From Lama guanicoe (Eukaryota), in the NCBI GenBank assembly GCA_013239625.1, contig MU054085.1:234666-293001 (forward strand): 58,336 bases of DNA, in the 5' to 3' direction. Every line of letters starts with the position of its first letter. Within the stretch, counting starts at the first letter, position 1. Shown here piece by piece: positions 8,688-22,490 of this stretch. The notes under the pieces were generated by a model. That model did not search any database. It was given only the letters and a program-made list of their open reading frames with translations, and had not been told where the DNA came from. The position numbers were made by a program, and so were the translations under genes.

Positions 8688-11600
8688 CCTCCATTATTCA
8701 TTCATTTGTGGATGGACACTTGGGTTGCTTCCGTATCTTGGCTCTTGTAGGTAATACTGCTATAAATAATTGGATTCATGTATTGTTTTGAATTGATGTT
8801 TTCTTTATTTTTGGATATTTCCTAGAAGTGGAAATGCTGAATGATATGGTAGTTCTATTTTCAGTTTGTTTGTTTGTTTGTTTTTGAGGAAATTCCATAC
8901 TGTTTTCCAGAGTGGTTGCACCAATTTGCAGTCCCATTAACAGTGTACAAAGGATCACTTTTCTCCAAATGTTCTCTAACATTTGTTATTTGTAGACTTT
9001 TTGACGACAACCATTCTTGACAAGTGTGGGGTGATTTTGATTTGCATTTCGCTGATGATTAGCGATGTTAAACATCATATAATGGGCCTGTTGGCTATCT
9101 GTATGTCTGTATGTTTTCATTGGGAAAATGTCTATTAGATAATCTTTACATTTTTTGATTGAGTTTTTTTATATTCAGTTACATGAACTGTGTATATATT
9201 TTGATATTAACCTCTTGTCAGGCATATCATTTGCAAATATTTTCTCCCATTTAGTAGGTTGTCTTATTTTATAGATGGTTTCCTTTGCTGCGCAAAAGCA
9301 TTTGTGTTTAATTAGATTACTTTTTTTTTGCTTTTATTTCCTTTGCCTTAGGAAACAGTTCCAAAAAACCATTGCTATGATTTATGTCAAAGAGTGTTCT
9401 GCCTATAGTCTCTTCTAGGAGTTTTATGGTTTCTTGTCTCCCATTTAGGTCTTTAATCCACTTTGAGATTATTTTTATATATGGTGTGAGGGAATGTTCT
9501 AATCTCATTGTTACACATGTAACTCTCCAGTTTTCCCGGCACAAATTGTTGAAGAGCCTGCCTTTTCCCCATCATATATTCTCGCATCCTTTATGGTAGA
9601 TTAATTGACTGTAGGTACATGGGCTTATTTCTGGGCTCCCTATCCTGTTCCATTGAATTGTACGTCTTCTTTGTGTCAGTAGCACATTATTTTGATTACT
9701 GTGGCTTTGCAGTATAGTGTGAAGTCGGAGAGTGTTGTACTTGCAGCTTTATTCTTTTTTCTCAAGATTGCTTTGGCTATTTGGGGTCTTCTGTGGTTCC
9801 ATATGAATTTTAGGATTACTTGTTCTAATTCTGTGAAAAATGCCATGGGTATTTTTATAGAAACTACATTAAATCAGTAGATTGCTTTGCGTAGTATGGC
9901 CACATCAACAATGTTAATTCTGTGATTCAAGAGGAGGGGACATTTTTCCATTTCTTTGCATTATTTTCAATTTCCTTCATCAGTGTTTTATAATTTTCAG
10001 AGTATAGGTCTTTCATCTCCTTGGTTAAGTTAATTCTTAAGTATTTTAGGCTTTCTCAAGTGATTTTAAATGAGTTTTTTTTTTCAATTTCTTTCTGCTG
10101 TTTAATTTTTAATGTGCAGAAACCCAGTAGAGTTCTGTGTATTAATCTTGCATCCTCCAACCTCACTGAGTGTGTTTATTTGTTGTAATACTTTTTGGGT
10201 GGAGACTTTAGGGTTGTCTACATAAAGTATCATGTCATCTACAAATAGTTACAGTTTCACCGCTTCCCTTCCAATTTGAATGCCATTCCTTTCTTTTTTT
10301 TTTTTTTTAATCTGATTGCTGTGGCGACAGCTTCCAATAAATAGAAGTGGCGAGAGTGGGAATTCTTGTTTTGTTCATGAATTTAGAGAGGAAGTTTTCA
10401 GCTTTTCATTACTCATATGATATTGGCTGTGGGTTTGTCATAAATGGTCTTTATTACATTGAGCTGTTCCCTTTATATCAACACTGATGAGAGGGGTTTT
10501 TTCAACATCATGAATGGCTGTTGAATTTACCCAATACTTTTTCTGCATCTGTTAAGACCATCATGTGGTTTTGGTCTTTTCTTTTGCTGATGTGGTGTAT
10601 TACACTGATTGATTTGCAGATGTAGAGTCATCTTTGTGAATCTGGAATAAGTCCAACTTGATCATGGGGTACAGTCCCTTTTGCATATTGTTGGATTTGG
10701 TTTGCTAATATTTTGTTGAGGATTTTTGCATCTCTATTCCTCAGAGATGTTGGCCTGTAATTTTCTTTTTTTGTAGTGTCTTTGTTTTTGGTATCAGGGT
10801 GATGGTGGGCCTCACTGAATGAATTTGGGAGTGTCCTCTTCAATGTGCTGAATAGTTACAGAAAAACAGGTGTTAGTTCTTCTTTATGTGTTTGTTAGGA
10901 TTCCCCTGTGATGCTGTCCATTGCTGCACTTTTGTTTACTGGGAGTTTTTTAAATTACAGATTGGATTTTCCTTCTAGTGATCAGTCTGTTCAAATTGTC
11001 CGTTTCTTCTTGATTCAATCTTGGCAGGTTGTGTGTGTCTAGAAACTTGTCCATTTTTTCTAGGTTGTCCGGTTTGTTGGACTATAACTGTTCAGAGCAT
11101 TCTGTTATGAGTTTTCATGTCTCTTTGGTATTGGCTGTTATTTCTCCTACTGCATTTCTTATTTTGTTTATTTGTGCCCTCTCTCTTCATTCTTGGTGAG
11201 CTGGCTAAAGGTTTCTCAATTTTCTTTTTCCTTTCAAAAAACCAGCCCTGGTTTCATTGATTTTTCTATTTTTTATCCCTATTTTATTTATTTTTTCCCT
11301 GATCTTCATTATTTCCTTCCTCCTGTGGCCTTTGTGCTTCTTTTGCTTCTCTTCTAATTCTTTCAGGTGGTGGGTTAGGTAGTTCACTTGAGGTGTTTTT
11401 TTGTTTTGGTTTTTGGTTTTTTTGTTTTGTTTTGTTTTGGTCTCTTGGGGAAGGCCTACATTGCTATAAACCTCCCTTTTAGAATTGATTTTGCTGCATC
11501 CCACAGATTTTGGAGTGTTGTGTTTCCATTTCCATAGAACGTGTTCTTTAATTTCTTTCATCAGTTTCTTATAGTTTTTGGTACATAGATTTGGCGTATT

Positions 11601-11660
11601 GTATATATATATATATATATAATATATATTTATATATTTATAATATATATTTATATATTA
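11601..11660. repeat. (TA)n-rich simple repeat
   Basis: Direct reading. Confidence 0.85.
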
Positions 11661-14600
11661 TTTTCTTTTCTTATGATATCTTTATTTAGTTCTGATATCA
11701 GTCTCTCCAGTCTCATAGAATCAGTTAGGAAGTGTGCCTTCCTCTTCTATTTTGGAGAAGATTTTGTGAAGAATTTGAATTAATTCTTTAAAAAAATTTT
11801 GGTGGACTTCACAAGTGAAGTCACCTGGAATTTTCGTTGTGGGAATGTTTTTAATTAGTAATTCAATCTCTTTACTTGCTGTAATTATATTTAGACGTTC
11901 TACCTCTTGAGTTAGTTTTATTAAGTTTGTGTCTTTCTAGAAATTTGTACTTTTTATCTAAATTATCCAACTATTGGCATACAGTTCTTCATAGTACACT
12001 CTTTTAATCTTTTTTATGTTCATAATGTTACTCTCTCAGTAATGGTACTAATGGACCTTCTTTCATTCCATATTTTAGCAATTCCCTTTGTCGTTTTCTT
12101 TGACCTATTAGTTATTTAGGAGTATGTTTTTGAATTTCCACATATTTTTGAATCTCACATATTTCTATTGTTAATTTCCAGTTTTACTCCATTGTGGTTA
12201 GTGCACATACTTTACATGATTTCAGAACTTTTAATTTATTGAGGCTTCTTTTATGACCTCGAAAATGGTCTAACCTCGAGAGTGTTCCATATACAATTGA
12301 GAATATTGTGCATTCTTTTTTGTTGGGTAGAGTATTATATAGATATCTGTTGGGTCCAGCTGATTTATACTATTTTTTTAACTCACTACTTCATTATTAA
12401 TCTCCTGCCTAGCTGTTCTATCCACTACTGAAAGTAGGATATTGAAATCTCCAGATATTTTTGTAGATTTGTCTACTTATCCCTTCAATTCTATAAGTTT
12501 TTGCTCCATGCGTTTTGGAAGTCTGTTGTTAGAAGTATACATATTTATAATTGTTTTATTCTCCAGATAGATGGACTCTTTACTTCATTATAAAATGTCC
12601 ATCTTAATTGCTTGTACCATTTTTTTGTCTTAAAGTCTATTTTGTTTGATATTAACACAGTCATTTTAGCTTTCTTATGTTTGCTGCTTAGATATTATAT
12701 CTTCTCCTTTCAGGCTGTTTGTATCTTTGAATCTCAAGTGTGTAACCTGTATACACAATATAATTGAATCTTTTTAAACATCCAGTCTGATTAAATATCC
12801 ACCTTTTGATTAGATTGTTTCATCCATTCACCTTTAATATTACTATTGGTAAAGTTGGATTTGCATCTGCTATTATTCTTTTATGTTTTCTATGTGTTTT
12901 TGTGTCTCTGTTCCTTCTTTACTGCTTTATTTTGCATTAAATGAATTTACTTCATTGTAACACTTTAATTCCTCAAATGACTTAAACTATTTTTAGTTAT
13001 ATTCTTGGTAAATATTCTAGGGCTTGCAATATACATTAACTTATCAGACTCTGCTTCAAATTTATACTGATTTAATCTGAGTGATACATAGACATGTTAT
13101 TCCTATATACTTTTATTCTCTCTTCCCCTCTTTTATGCTTTTATTATTGTGTGCATTACATCTACTTATATTACAAACCCCAACATACGTTGTGATAAGT
13201 ATTGCTCTGTGTAATTTTATGTCCTTTTAAGAAGCTGAGAGAAAAAAGAGAATAAATATATAGCCATAGGGATTGTTATATTAAACTTCTTACTTACCAT
13301 TTTTGATTCTCAACATTTATTCCTGTGAATTCAAGTTACCTTTTGGTTTCATTTCCTTGCTCCAATATAGCTTTGCTCTCACCCGTCTCCTTTGTGCTTA
13401 TTGTCAAATATATTATATTTCTATGTGTAAATGGGCCAACAATGCAATCACATACTTCTTGTTGTATATAATTGCCTTTTAAAGCAGTTAGGCAAAGAAA
13501 CATATGATTATATTTTCTTTTATAAATACCTATAGAAGGCCCTTTACTGGCACTCTGTGTTTTTTCTTGCAGGGTACAATTACTGTCTGTGTTCACATGC
13601 TTTCAGCCTGAAGAGCTTTTTCTAATATTCCCAATAAGATGAGTCCGTCATCAACGAATTCTCTCAGTTGTTGTTTATCTGTGAATGCCTTTGTTCCACC
13701 TTCACTTTGCACAGATATTTTTGCTGGATGTAAGAGTCTTTGATGATGGGGTTTTTTTGTCTTCTGGAACTCTGAATGTATCATCAAACTGGCCTCCACT
13801 GTTTCTGATGAGTAGTCAACTGTTAGTCTTTTTGCGTAGTTCCTTTGTGTGTGACAAGTTTTTTTTGTTTGTGTTTTTGGACTTTTTTTTTTTTTTTGGC
13901 TGTTTTCAAGATTTTCTCTTTGGCTTTTTCACTCTGATGTGTCTGATTTTAGATCTCTTGTCTTTATCCTACTGGAGTTTGTTGAGCTTTCTGCATGTGT
14001 AGATTTTTTTGTGGTTGATATTATTTTCAGTTTGGGATGTTTTCAGCCATTTTTTAAAAATACTCTTTCGGCTCCTTTTTCTCAGGTACTCTCATATGAG
14101 TATTGGAGCTTAATGGGGCCTCACATTTCTCTAAGACTCTATTCACTTTTTTTTTCTTTATTCTTTCTTTCTGTTCTAACTGCATAGCTCTACTGATCTG
14201 TCTTCACCTTTGCTTATTCTTTCTTCTGTCAGCTTAAATCTCCTGTTCAGCCCCCTGATGAATTTTTCATTTTGGTTTTTGTAGTTTTCAGTTCTAACAG
14301 TTCCATTATTTTTATCTTATAATTTCTCTCTTTCTTGATATCTGTTTTGTAAGATGTTTTCATCTTGATCCTTTAAGCATGGTTTCTGTGAACATATAAT
14401 ACTTGCTCTGAAGTCTTTGTCCAACATCTGGGGCATCTCAAAGGTTGGTTTTTACTGCCTAGTTTTTCCTTGTATGGGTCAAGTTTCCTTGTTTCTTTTT
14501 ATTTCTCATAATTTTTGTTGCATCCTGGTTGTTTAGATAATACACTGTAGCAATTCTGGACACTGATTCACCCTTCCCTCCCCCCAGATAGAGGCTTGAT

Positions 14601-15800
14601 GGTTTCTTTGTTGTTTGCTTGTTTATTTGTTTAATGACATACCTGGGCTATTTCAATCTATTTACTTTCTCTGTGTGCTGCCTCTTCAGAGGGTATAGTC
14701 TTGGACTTGCACAGAGTCACCCCAGTGCAACAGTGATCTTAGCATCATCCTCTTTGACAGTTTATTTCCCAGGTCTCTCTGTTAAGCTGTGTGCCTCTGT
14801 TGTTACCATTCCCTCTACCAATCACCAGCTGATTGCTGTGTTTCCAGTAATGTCATGGGGTGTAAACTGCTTCACACTGTGATGTAAATTCCAGCCTTTT
14901 TGAAAGGGTAGTCTTAAAGACATCTTTGAAGTTTGTTTCAACTCCAGAGGGCCTCCCCTTAGCTGTCTCTCTCATGCTTCTCTGAAATTCATGGCTGCTC
15001 TACCGTTGAGCTTGTTGCTCTCAGTGTTTTGACAGCACACATGGGCTTGAACTTCCACATTGTGGAATTTATTATTCCAAATGCATTTAGCTCCTTGAGG
15101 GGACCTTTGAAGATCTCTGCTCTTAAAGGCTACATCTTCCCCTGGACAAACTTCACCAGAGCTGGAGGTGGGGACAGTGGCCCATGTCTTCCGTAGTGAC
15201 ACCCTGCTTTTATGAATGGGGCACTGGCTGGGGGCATGAGACTCTATAGTCTTCTTGGCTTGCCTCTTTTGGTGTGAAACATTCATCTTCTCAGCTAGCT
15301 GTGGTGGAGGTACCTGAGTCCAATATTCTCTTCTTGCCACACAGTGGAGTTTCCTATGAGTGGGGACCAAGTGGAAGAAAGGAACCTCAAATGTCTCATC
15401 TGCTTTTGCCTGGAAGAAATCTTCTACAACAGAAAGCCCAGGCTTGTGAGTAGGGATGAGAAATGCTGGGTGTTTGCTCCTCCAGGGCTGGTACTGAGCA
15501 GTAGAATGGGAGCTGGGGTAGAGGTGGTCACCTGCTCCTGGCTTCGCCTACCCATAGTACAGCTTCTATCATGCCAAGCTGGGAGACAGAGGAAGGAGCA
15601 AGTCATGGCTCAAATGCCACCGTCGCCCATTCTTATTATTAAGATACTAGGTTTTCTTGACAGGATGATTCTCCATTTGCCATATGCCCTTAGGACAATT
15701 TCCAGAGCCTTAAAATATATTTCAAGTAGCTTTAACAGTTATAGTTGTTTTGCCAAGGAGAGTGTCTGTAGAGCTCTGCACAGTGCCATCCAGGAACCCT
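11660..15800 (-). mobile_element. Older L1M 5' half (ORF2 N-terminus/EN, inter-ORF, ORF1, 5'UTR)
   Basis: Antisense EN motifs (ttaaagtctattttgtttgatatt); ORF1 C-terminal peptide RLLHPAKISVQSEGGTKAFTDKQQLREF at 13593-13799; GC-richer UTR ending near 15797. Confidence 0.8.
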
Positions 15801-16459
15801 AATATCCTTGTGTTAAGAAAAATATTGATGCTTGTTGAAAATTTCAGGTATTCACAAAGTTATAGGAGGGGGAAAATGCCCACAAAGGCAATCATAGGAG
15901 AAGCTAATTACATGACAAATTTGAGGAGGATTCTAGACATACACTTTATATCATATTTCTAAAACATGTGCTCTCATTACATCAGCAGTTCTCTGTTATT
16001 CCAGAAGCCTCAGGGTGTCATAAGACTAGATTGTTACAATAATATCACCCAACATTTGTGTGACACTCAACAGTGTTAATCTTTTCATTTACATAATCCT
16101 GTTTGCTGTATGATAGTAAACTTACTCATGATAGAGCCTTTCAGGCTTTATCATCTCTGCCTCATCTTTGCCTCTGCTTTGCACACAGTATTGAGAAGAG
16201 TAAATTTAAACCCTGTTGGAGAAGAAATAACTATACTTTTGTTTAGTCAATAATTTTTCTTTATAAAGCATATGGCATATTAATATTTTAGGAGCATATA
16301 ATATGCCCAAAATCATATGTGAGTGCATGTATGATCTATTCATATTCATTTTGTTTCATAAAGAATGTAAAGCATGTCTCAAAAACACACAGAGCAAAAT
16401 AAAATAAATAAAAATGAGAAATAAAAAGAGATAAAAGGAAATGTCAGTGTAAAAAAGTA

Positions 16460-16557
16460 AATGGTGTACTTGGGACTACCTTGGTTGCAGCATTAAAAAT
16501 CTCACATCCGTGGAAATCCCTTGGTCCCAGACCAACCGAGATGATTGGTCATCTTAA
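16460..16557. mobile_element. MER81-like hAT-Blackjack MITE
   Basis: gggactaccttggttgcagcattaaaaatctcacatcc...ggtcccagaccaaccgagatgattggtcatct. Confidence 0.6.
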
Positions 16558-16569
16558 TAATACCAGCAA

Positions 16570-16760
16570 AGCATCATTTAGTTCTTTCAATATATGGAGC
16601 CTGGTTCCACTATCTTATTTTATCCTCACAATAATTATTTGAGGTAAGTCACTATTCTGGTGCCCGTTCTACAAGAGAAAATGGGAGAACCAAAAAGTCA
16701 ACAAAGTCACACATCAAGTGGTGAGGCTAGGATTCAAAGCCAGGACCCTCAGCCCCAGAA
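16570..16760 (-). mobile_element. MIR SINE
   Basis: atcctcacaataa...aaagtcacacatcaagtggtgaggctaggattcaaagccagg. Confidence 0.7.
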
Positions 16761-16944
16761 TTGAGGTGTTTTTTTTTTTTAACCACAAATCATAAAAATG
16801 TAGGTGAGGTCCTATATAAGTGCTATAGACTTGGTTCTAAGTTTCCTAGTCTTAAATGTGAAGAGGAAAACACGATCAGTTATGAAATTCAAATTGTGCA
16901 AAAAATAAACCATTTTCAGAAGCACAGTGAGTCTTAGTCCGAAG

Positions 16945-17415
16945 ATGATGCACTCAATAAATGTTTACCATGTGCCTTCTATGGACAGACATGTTTCCAG
17001 GTGCTGGGAATACAGCAGTGGATAAAACAGTAAGAATCTCTGACCGTGTGGACCTGACATGCCAGGGAGATATTAATTAGCACACAGATACAGAAAAAAG
17101 ACAGCAGGATAAGGAGGAAGAGAGATTCTGGGGAGTGAGGGGGCTGTAATATTAAATAGGATGGTGAAGGTAACTTCTCAATGAGAAGGTACGTTTAAGG
17201 AAAGTCTTGACGAGTGAGAGAGAGGATCCTGTGACCGTCTGGGAGATGAGTGTTTTCAGTAGAGGGAGCAGCATGGACAAGCTTCCTCAGTTGGGAGAAG
17301 CCTGGTGAGAAGAATAAGACAAGTAAGGTATAAGATCGGGGGGGCATAGAATAACCCAGATCTTTGTTGGGCACTGTGCAGACTTTGGCATTTACTCTAA
17401 ATGAGATGGGGCTTG
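16945..17415 (-). mobile_element. L2 3' region
   Basis: cactcaataaatgttta...ccaggtgctgggaatacagcagtggataaaacag...gactttggcatttactctaaatgagatggg. Confidence 0.75.
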
Positions 17416-17914
17416 ACAGAAAGGAGAATTGCTTATTACAGCATTCCTGCATATTGGCCAAAGGCAACACTTCAAAATAATATTAATAGAAATATTTTAG
17501 CAGCCGAAGTGTGCAGGCAACTCAGGGATCTCGCTTCCAGATGCCCTAGGGCAACCTAGGGACGGTGCTTAAGTATCTGTGACAGAATGTTATCTGTACA
17601 TTCAGGCCATCCTCCAATGATTTTTGTTTCTTTTCTGATAAGATTTTAAAGGACAGACAGGAGTTGTTTAGATTATTTAGCAAGTGCTAGGAATGTAGCT
17701 GGTGTATTTTGCAAATTTAGAGCCCAGCTATATCAGCTAAGCTGGGTCATTTTTTAAAAAGAACATGATATGATCTCTAGTCTCAGGTAGTTTTCCATCT
17801 GGAGAAAGAGATAAGGCAGGTGCATGTATTTACAACAGTACAAGGCAGCCTGTGATACTAACAAAAGCAGCTAAGTTTCCTTCAGTAACAAGACTAAACT
17901 GTTGCTTCTTTCTG

Positions 17915-18986
17915 CCCACAACCATCTCCATTCTAGTAGGTGGCAACTGCATCTTTCCAGTTGCTCAGGCTGGGTGACTTGACTCTTTCACATTCCATAT
18001 CTAATTTCTCAGGGAATGTGGTTAACTTCGTCATTAAAGGACACCCCAGATCCAACCACTTCTTACCACCTCCATGGCTAGCCCTCTCTTATTTTTACCC
18101 TAAAACCCAAGCCCCAGCTGGAGACTCCATCATCTCTCACCTGAGGTACAGCAGTAGCAAGTCTCCCTGACTTACTTTTCTCCCCTGCAGTCTAGTCTCA
18201 ACAGAGAACTGAGTGATTCCTTTAAGATGTGAGTGAGATCATGCTCCTCCTTCACTCAAAATCCTGTAGCAATTCTGCACATTACTGAGAATGAAAACTG
18301 AAGCCCTGAGAGTGGCCTTCAAGTCCCCAAGGGATCAGACACCCCTTGTTGCTTTGACTTCATTTCCTCCCACTGTCCCCTGGCTCCTTCAGATCACGCT
18401 GGCCCCTTGCCTTTGAGCCTTGGTTTGAGCTTGGTAGATTCTTCTCTAGGGCACACATTCAGCTCACTCCGTCCCTTCCATTGAGACTTTTCTCCAATTA
18501 TATCTTTTTTTAATTGAAGTATAGTCAGTTACAATGTGTCAATTTCTGGTATACAGCATAATGTCCCAGTCATGCATATATATACATATATATACACATA
18601 TATTTGTTTTCATATTATTTTTCATTAAAGGTTATTACAAGATATTGAATACAGTTCCCTGTGCTATACAGAAGAAATTTATTTTTTTAATCTATTTATA
18701 TATATGTGGTTATCTTGATAAGGCTTATCTATTTTTATTCAACAATGCAACTTTCCCTCCTTCCATCTCAGCCCTCCCAATCCCCTCACCCTGCATTGCT
18801 TTTCCTTTTGTTACATATCGTTTATCATTGTCTAACACACTTAAATGTTTACCCATTTAGTCTACTCATAGTTAATTGTCTGTCTCCCTCTCTACAATGT
18901 AAGATTCATCTTTCTTGGTCTGTCCTATTGAATGCCCAGAACATTGCCTAGTACATAGTAGGTTCAATAAATATTTGTTGAATAAA
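17915..18986 (+). mobile_element. L2a 3' region, interrupted by a young L1 tail
   Basis: ggcaactgcatctttccagttgctcaggc; canonical end tgcctagtacatagtaggttcaataaatatttgttgaataaa. Confidence 0.8.
18505..18700 (-). mobile_element. Short young L1 3' end (camelid-type)
   Basis: tttttttaattgaagtatagtcagttacaatgtgtcaatttctgg...; near reverse complement of 56150-56310. Confidence 0.85.
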
Positions 18987-18987
18987 A

Positions 18988-19200
18988 CATTGAGCACTGA
19001 CTATGTGGCTAGTACTGTCCCATGAACTATCAACCATTGTACATAGATTATTGAATTAAATCTTCACAAAACCATCATGGAGGAAGTGTTATTATCATCT
19101 TCATTTTATTAATGAGAAAACAGAAGCATAGTGAGGTCAGCAACTTGCCCAAGGTTTCACAGCTAATATGCAGCAGATCTGGGATTTGAACCCACTGAAA
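18988..19200 (-). mobile_element. MIR SINE
   Basis: MIR core cattttattaatgagaaaacagaagcatagtgaggtcagcaacttgcccaaggtttcacagcta. Confidence 0.85.
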
Positions 19201-20309
19201 CAGGGTGAGAGACTTACTGAAGAGAGCTACTTTTCTCCCTAAACTGCAACAATGACAAAGGACTTCAACTTCTAGAGACCTTGGTTGAAGGATGCTTGAA
19301 AGTGAGGAAAGTTTGTGGATAATTAGCTTGAATCTGTTGCGGTATAAACTTCTGAACTGTGATTTGCTGTTTGCATTTAACATCCATTGATCGAGGAATG
19401 GTTAATAGTCTCATTGTGCTTCATTTCGGTTAATAATGAGAGGAAAGGCGGAAGTGGCAACTGGATTTTACAGAGCTCTTACCCTTTGGCTTGATGGGGC
19501 TTGTTTTTTATACCTCCCATTCCAGGCCAAATCTAATAGAACCTTAAAATGAGATGCTAGTGTGAGCTCCACCTGAATCCTAGCCAGCACGTATGCCATA
19601 TGTTGTTGCAAAGGGGTATTTGATTATCCAGTTTCCCCACAGTAAGATGACCGCAAAGCAAGCAAGAGATGGGTTCATTGTAAAGGTGTTCAGGCTTGTC
19701 CCATTTAAGAGATATTAAATCTCCACTGCAATAGGGGAAAAAAATGCATTGCTTCTGCAGAACCAGGACTTGATTTCGTGTGGAAATTAAAAAAAAAAAA
19801 CTTACTGAGTGCATCTTATTTTTGTCAAGTATTTTTATGACTCAGCATGTAGTCAGTCAGCTAAGAGTCAGAAGTCTGGTGCGGCTGGAATTCTCAAACT
19901 GCAAAATGCATGGCATGGTGTCATTTACTAGAAATGAGAGGTTTGTTTTATTTTCTGAGTTTTATACACTTCAATATATTTCTTCAATAGTTTTCTTGTT
20001 TGAAAACCACAAAGAACTCTAGACAGGGAGTGGATTTACTGAGAAGTGGGAGATATTTCGTCCTTTGCACCCCCAGAACATCAGTTCTCTTTTGGCCAGT
20101 AGAAATGGCAAAATAAGTGAATCAGTTTTGTGTACAATAATTATTAAAAGAAATTGTGTTCTTCTTCCCTCACTAAATTACATTTAGAAAGATAGGAAAG
20201 AATATGAAGTTGGAGAGGCACCAAATTATTAGCCAGCCCATCATACCATCGTCTCAGTTTGTCCCTGTGCGACCCCAGGGGAAATAATCACTGTCTCTGG
20301 TAATGATGA

Positions 20310-21050
20310 TCACTAACACTTGTTTAAGTAGCTGCTGTGTGTTAGGTACTGTTGACAGTGGTCGACACCCATTATTTTATTTAATCCTGCAACAACCCTA
20401 TAGAGCAGGTATATCAGTTATTTGTTTTCACAGTGATGCTGCCTGAGTGCATTCAATGGTAAGCATCCAATTCAGTATATTCAATAACAAGAATACATTG
20501 CCTGCATATCCGAGGTTAGTTGGATTGAGGGGGGTACATGTGCTGGCTAGATGACTCTGCTGATGGTGACTGGCTTGCTCACATGTTTAGGGGTCAGCTG
20601 ATCAAGGCTGGCCCCAGCTGGAATTCCAAGAGTAACTCAGCTTTGCTCCAATAAGTCTCTCTTCTTCCAGCAAGACTGGTCTGAGTATATTTGCCAGGTG
20701 ATGGCAGAAGGGCAGAAAGCAAGCGGAGAGAAACATACAAGTCCTCTTGGGGTCAGAACTGGTGCGCTGTCGCTTTCATTCTTTGGCCAAAGAAAGTCAA
20801 AAGGCTGAGCCTGGAATCAGAGAGGGTGGGTACTGTCAGGTTACAGGACAAAGGGTGTGCTTATGGGAGGGGTGAAGAATTGAGCTCATCAGTCACCTAT
20901 CACTGCAGGGACTATTGTTACTTTATTAGCTTTGTAAATGAGGACAGGAAACACAGAGATGAGAAGTAACATGCCACCTGTCTAGTTAGCAGTAGACCCA
21001 GGAAATAAATCAGGCTGTCTGACTCCAGGGCCATGGCTGTTAATCACTGT
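20310..21050 (-). mobile_element. MIR SINE split by a MaLR LTR
   Basis: MIR halves at ~20310-20409 (tttaatcctgcaacaaccctat) and ~20905-21050 (ggaaacacagagatgagaagtaacatgcc...ctgactccagggcc). Confidence 0.75.
20410..20904 (-). mobile_element. MaLR solo LTR (MLT1-type) with 5-bp TSD GCAGG
   Basis: Starts tatatcag, ends ctatcact; GCAGG at 20405-20409 and 20905-20909; internal ttctttggccaaagaaagtca motif. Confidence 0.8.
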
Positions 21051-21074
21051 GCATCCTGCTTCACTCCTACTTTG

Positions 21075-21450
21075 ACACTTTGCAGTCTGGTTTCTGCTCT
21101 GATCACCCTAGGAAACATGCTCTTCTCTGGTTAATTAATGCTGTCTATGGACATACCCAGTAGCCTTCACTAATTGTCAGCACCTGCATCCATTCTGTAA
21201 CACTGTTGCATTCTGCATCCTTGAAGCTCTTTCCTCCTTTGATTCTGCAAGGGTTGTGCTGTTCTGTCTCTTTTCCTGCCCTTCCTCTGCTCAGCCCTCT
21301 CCACCTACTACATGGCACATGTACTTCTTTTTCTTGGCATCTCCCTTTCCAAGCACACCCACTCTCATGGTTTTCATTACCAGCTCTCTGTGAATGATTC
21401 ATCCAACCCATATCTCTGGCTCTAAGAAAGCTTACCATAATTTCCTGCAA
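21075..21450 (+). mobile_element. L2 internal fragment
   Basis: tgcagtctggtttctgc...ccttgaagctctttcctcctttgattctg...cactctcatggttttcattacc. Confidence 0.55.
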
Positions 21451-21633
21451 CTTAACTCAGTGGTTTATCTCTCACAAAACAACCCAGGAGAGTAAGAGGC
21501 TCTTCTCACTAGCATCTTATCATTTCACGTCACCTAGCAACTATTTCAGTGCTTGAAATTCCATTATGAGAAACTTCCTATTGGAAAAATGCCACTGGAA
21601 AGTATATGATATCTGAAGCCTCCTGTTTGCATA

Positions 21634-21712
21634 GCATTTATAACTACATGAAATTGCCACTAGCTGTCTTTTTTTGACCTACAAAGTAGCAATTTCTCAC
21701 TGTCCAACTTAA
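21634..21712. mobile_element. MADE2-like mariner MITE
   Basis: atgaaattgcc...tttttgacctacaaagtagcaatttc...caacttaa; ~80 bp with imperfect inverted ends. Confidence 0.6.
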
Positions 21713-21879
21713 GAGGCTGGAGACAGACTGCTAGGAAGGGAACAGGAAGGGGACAGATGCATCAGAGCAAAAGTAGAATCAAAGTCAACGTCCCCAACTT
21801 GACAATTCCTGCCTTGTGTCTGTTGCAAGCACCTTATATTCTTCAAATAACACTTAAAGTTCTTCCAGGTGGTAAATAA

Positions 21880-22490
21880 AATAATGTATAAAGTTTAGTA
21901 GTATGAAGAATAAACTCCAAATCACCCATTACCTCAGCACTTTTTGATAATAGCCATTCTCGTTAATATTGGTGAAATCAATTTAAAGTTTCACCTAAAG
22001 TATTTCTTTCACACAGTTGAAAGCATGCTATATACACAAATTTTATTCTTTTTTCTAAATCTTATTATTACATTGGCATTTTCTAATATTGGTGGGGAAC
22101 TTCTTAAGTATCACTTTTTATTTGAAATGATTTTTGTACTATAAAGATTTCTCTGTATTTGGGATTTTTCCCTTAAAATATATTTCCAAGGTAATACCCC
22201 AAAAGTGATTTTTACTGAGTCAAAGAATATGAATTTTTTCAGGTGCTTGATACACAGTTATACAACAGATCACAAAAAAGTAGTACCATAGTACACTTCC
22301 CCCAATTCAATATCACTATGTGAGTGTTTGCCTCACTACACAAAAATCAGTGTTTAACATTATTATTTTATTTAAATTCTTTTATAAATTGATTGGCAAA
22401 AATTTAACCTGCTGTTTTTAAATTTACGTTTATTGGATCATTAAGAGAGATTGAATTTGTTTTCAGACATTTATTAGGTGTTTTTTATTT
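21880..22490 (-). mobile_element. Ancient L1ME 3' fragment
   Basis: AT-rich antisense 3'UTR motifs (tttactgagtcaaagaatatgaa; tttaaatttacgtttattg). Confidence 0.55.

Larger units (their letters stand above)
7157..11560 (-). mobile_element. L1 (3'UTR plus ORF2 RT and C-terminal region), split by the JRK retrocopy
   Basis: T-run at 7159-7166, antisense 3'UTR; minus-strand ORF2 peptides ([45 protein letters not shown]); many stops and frameshifts. Confidence 0.92.
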
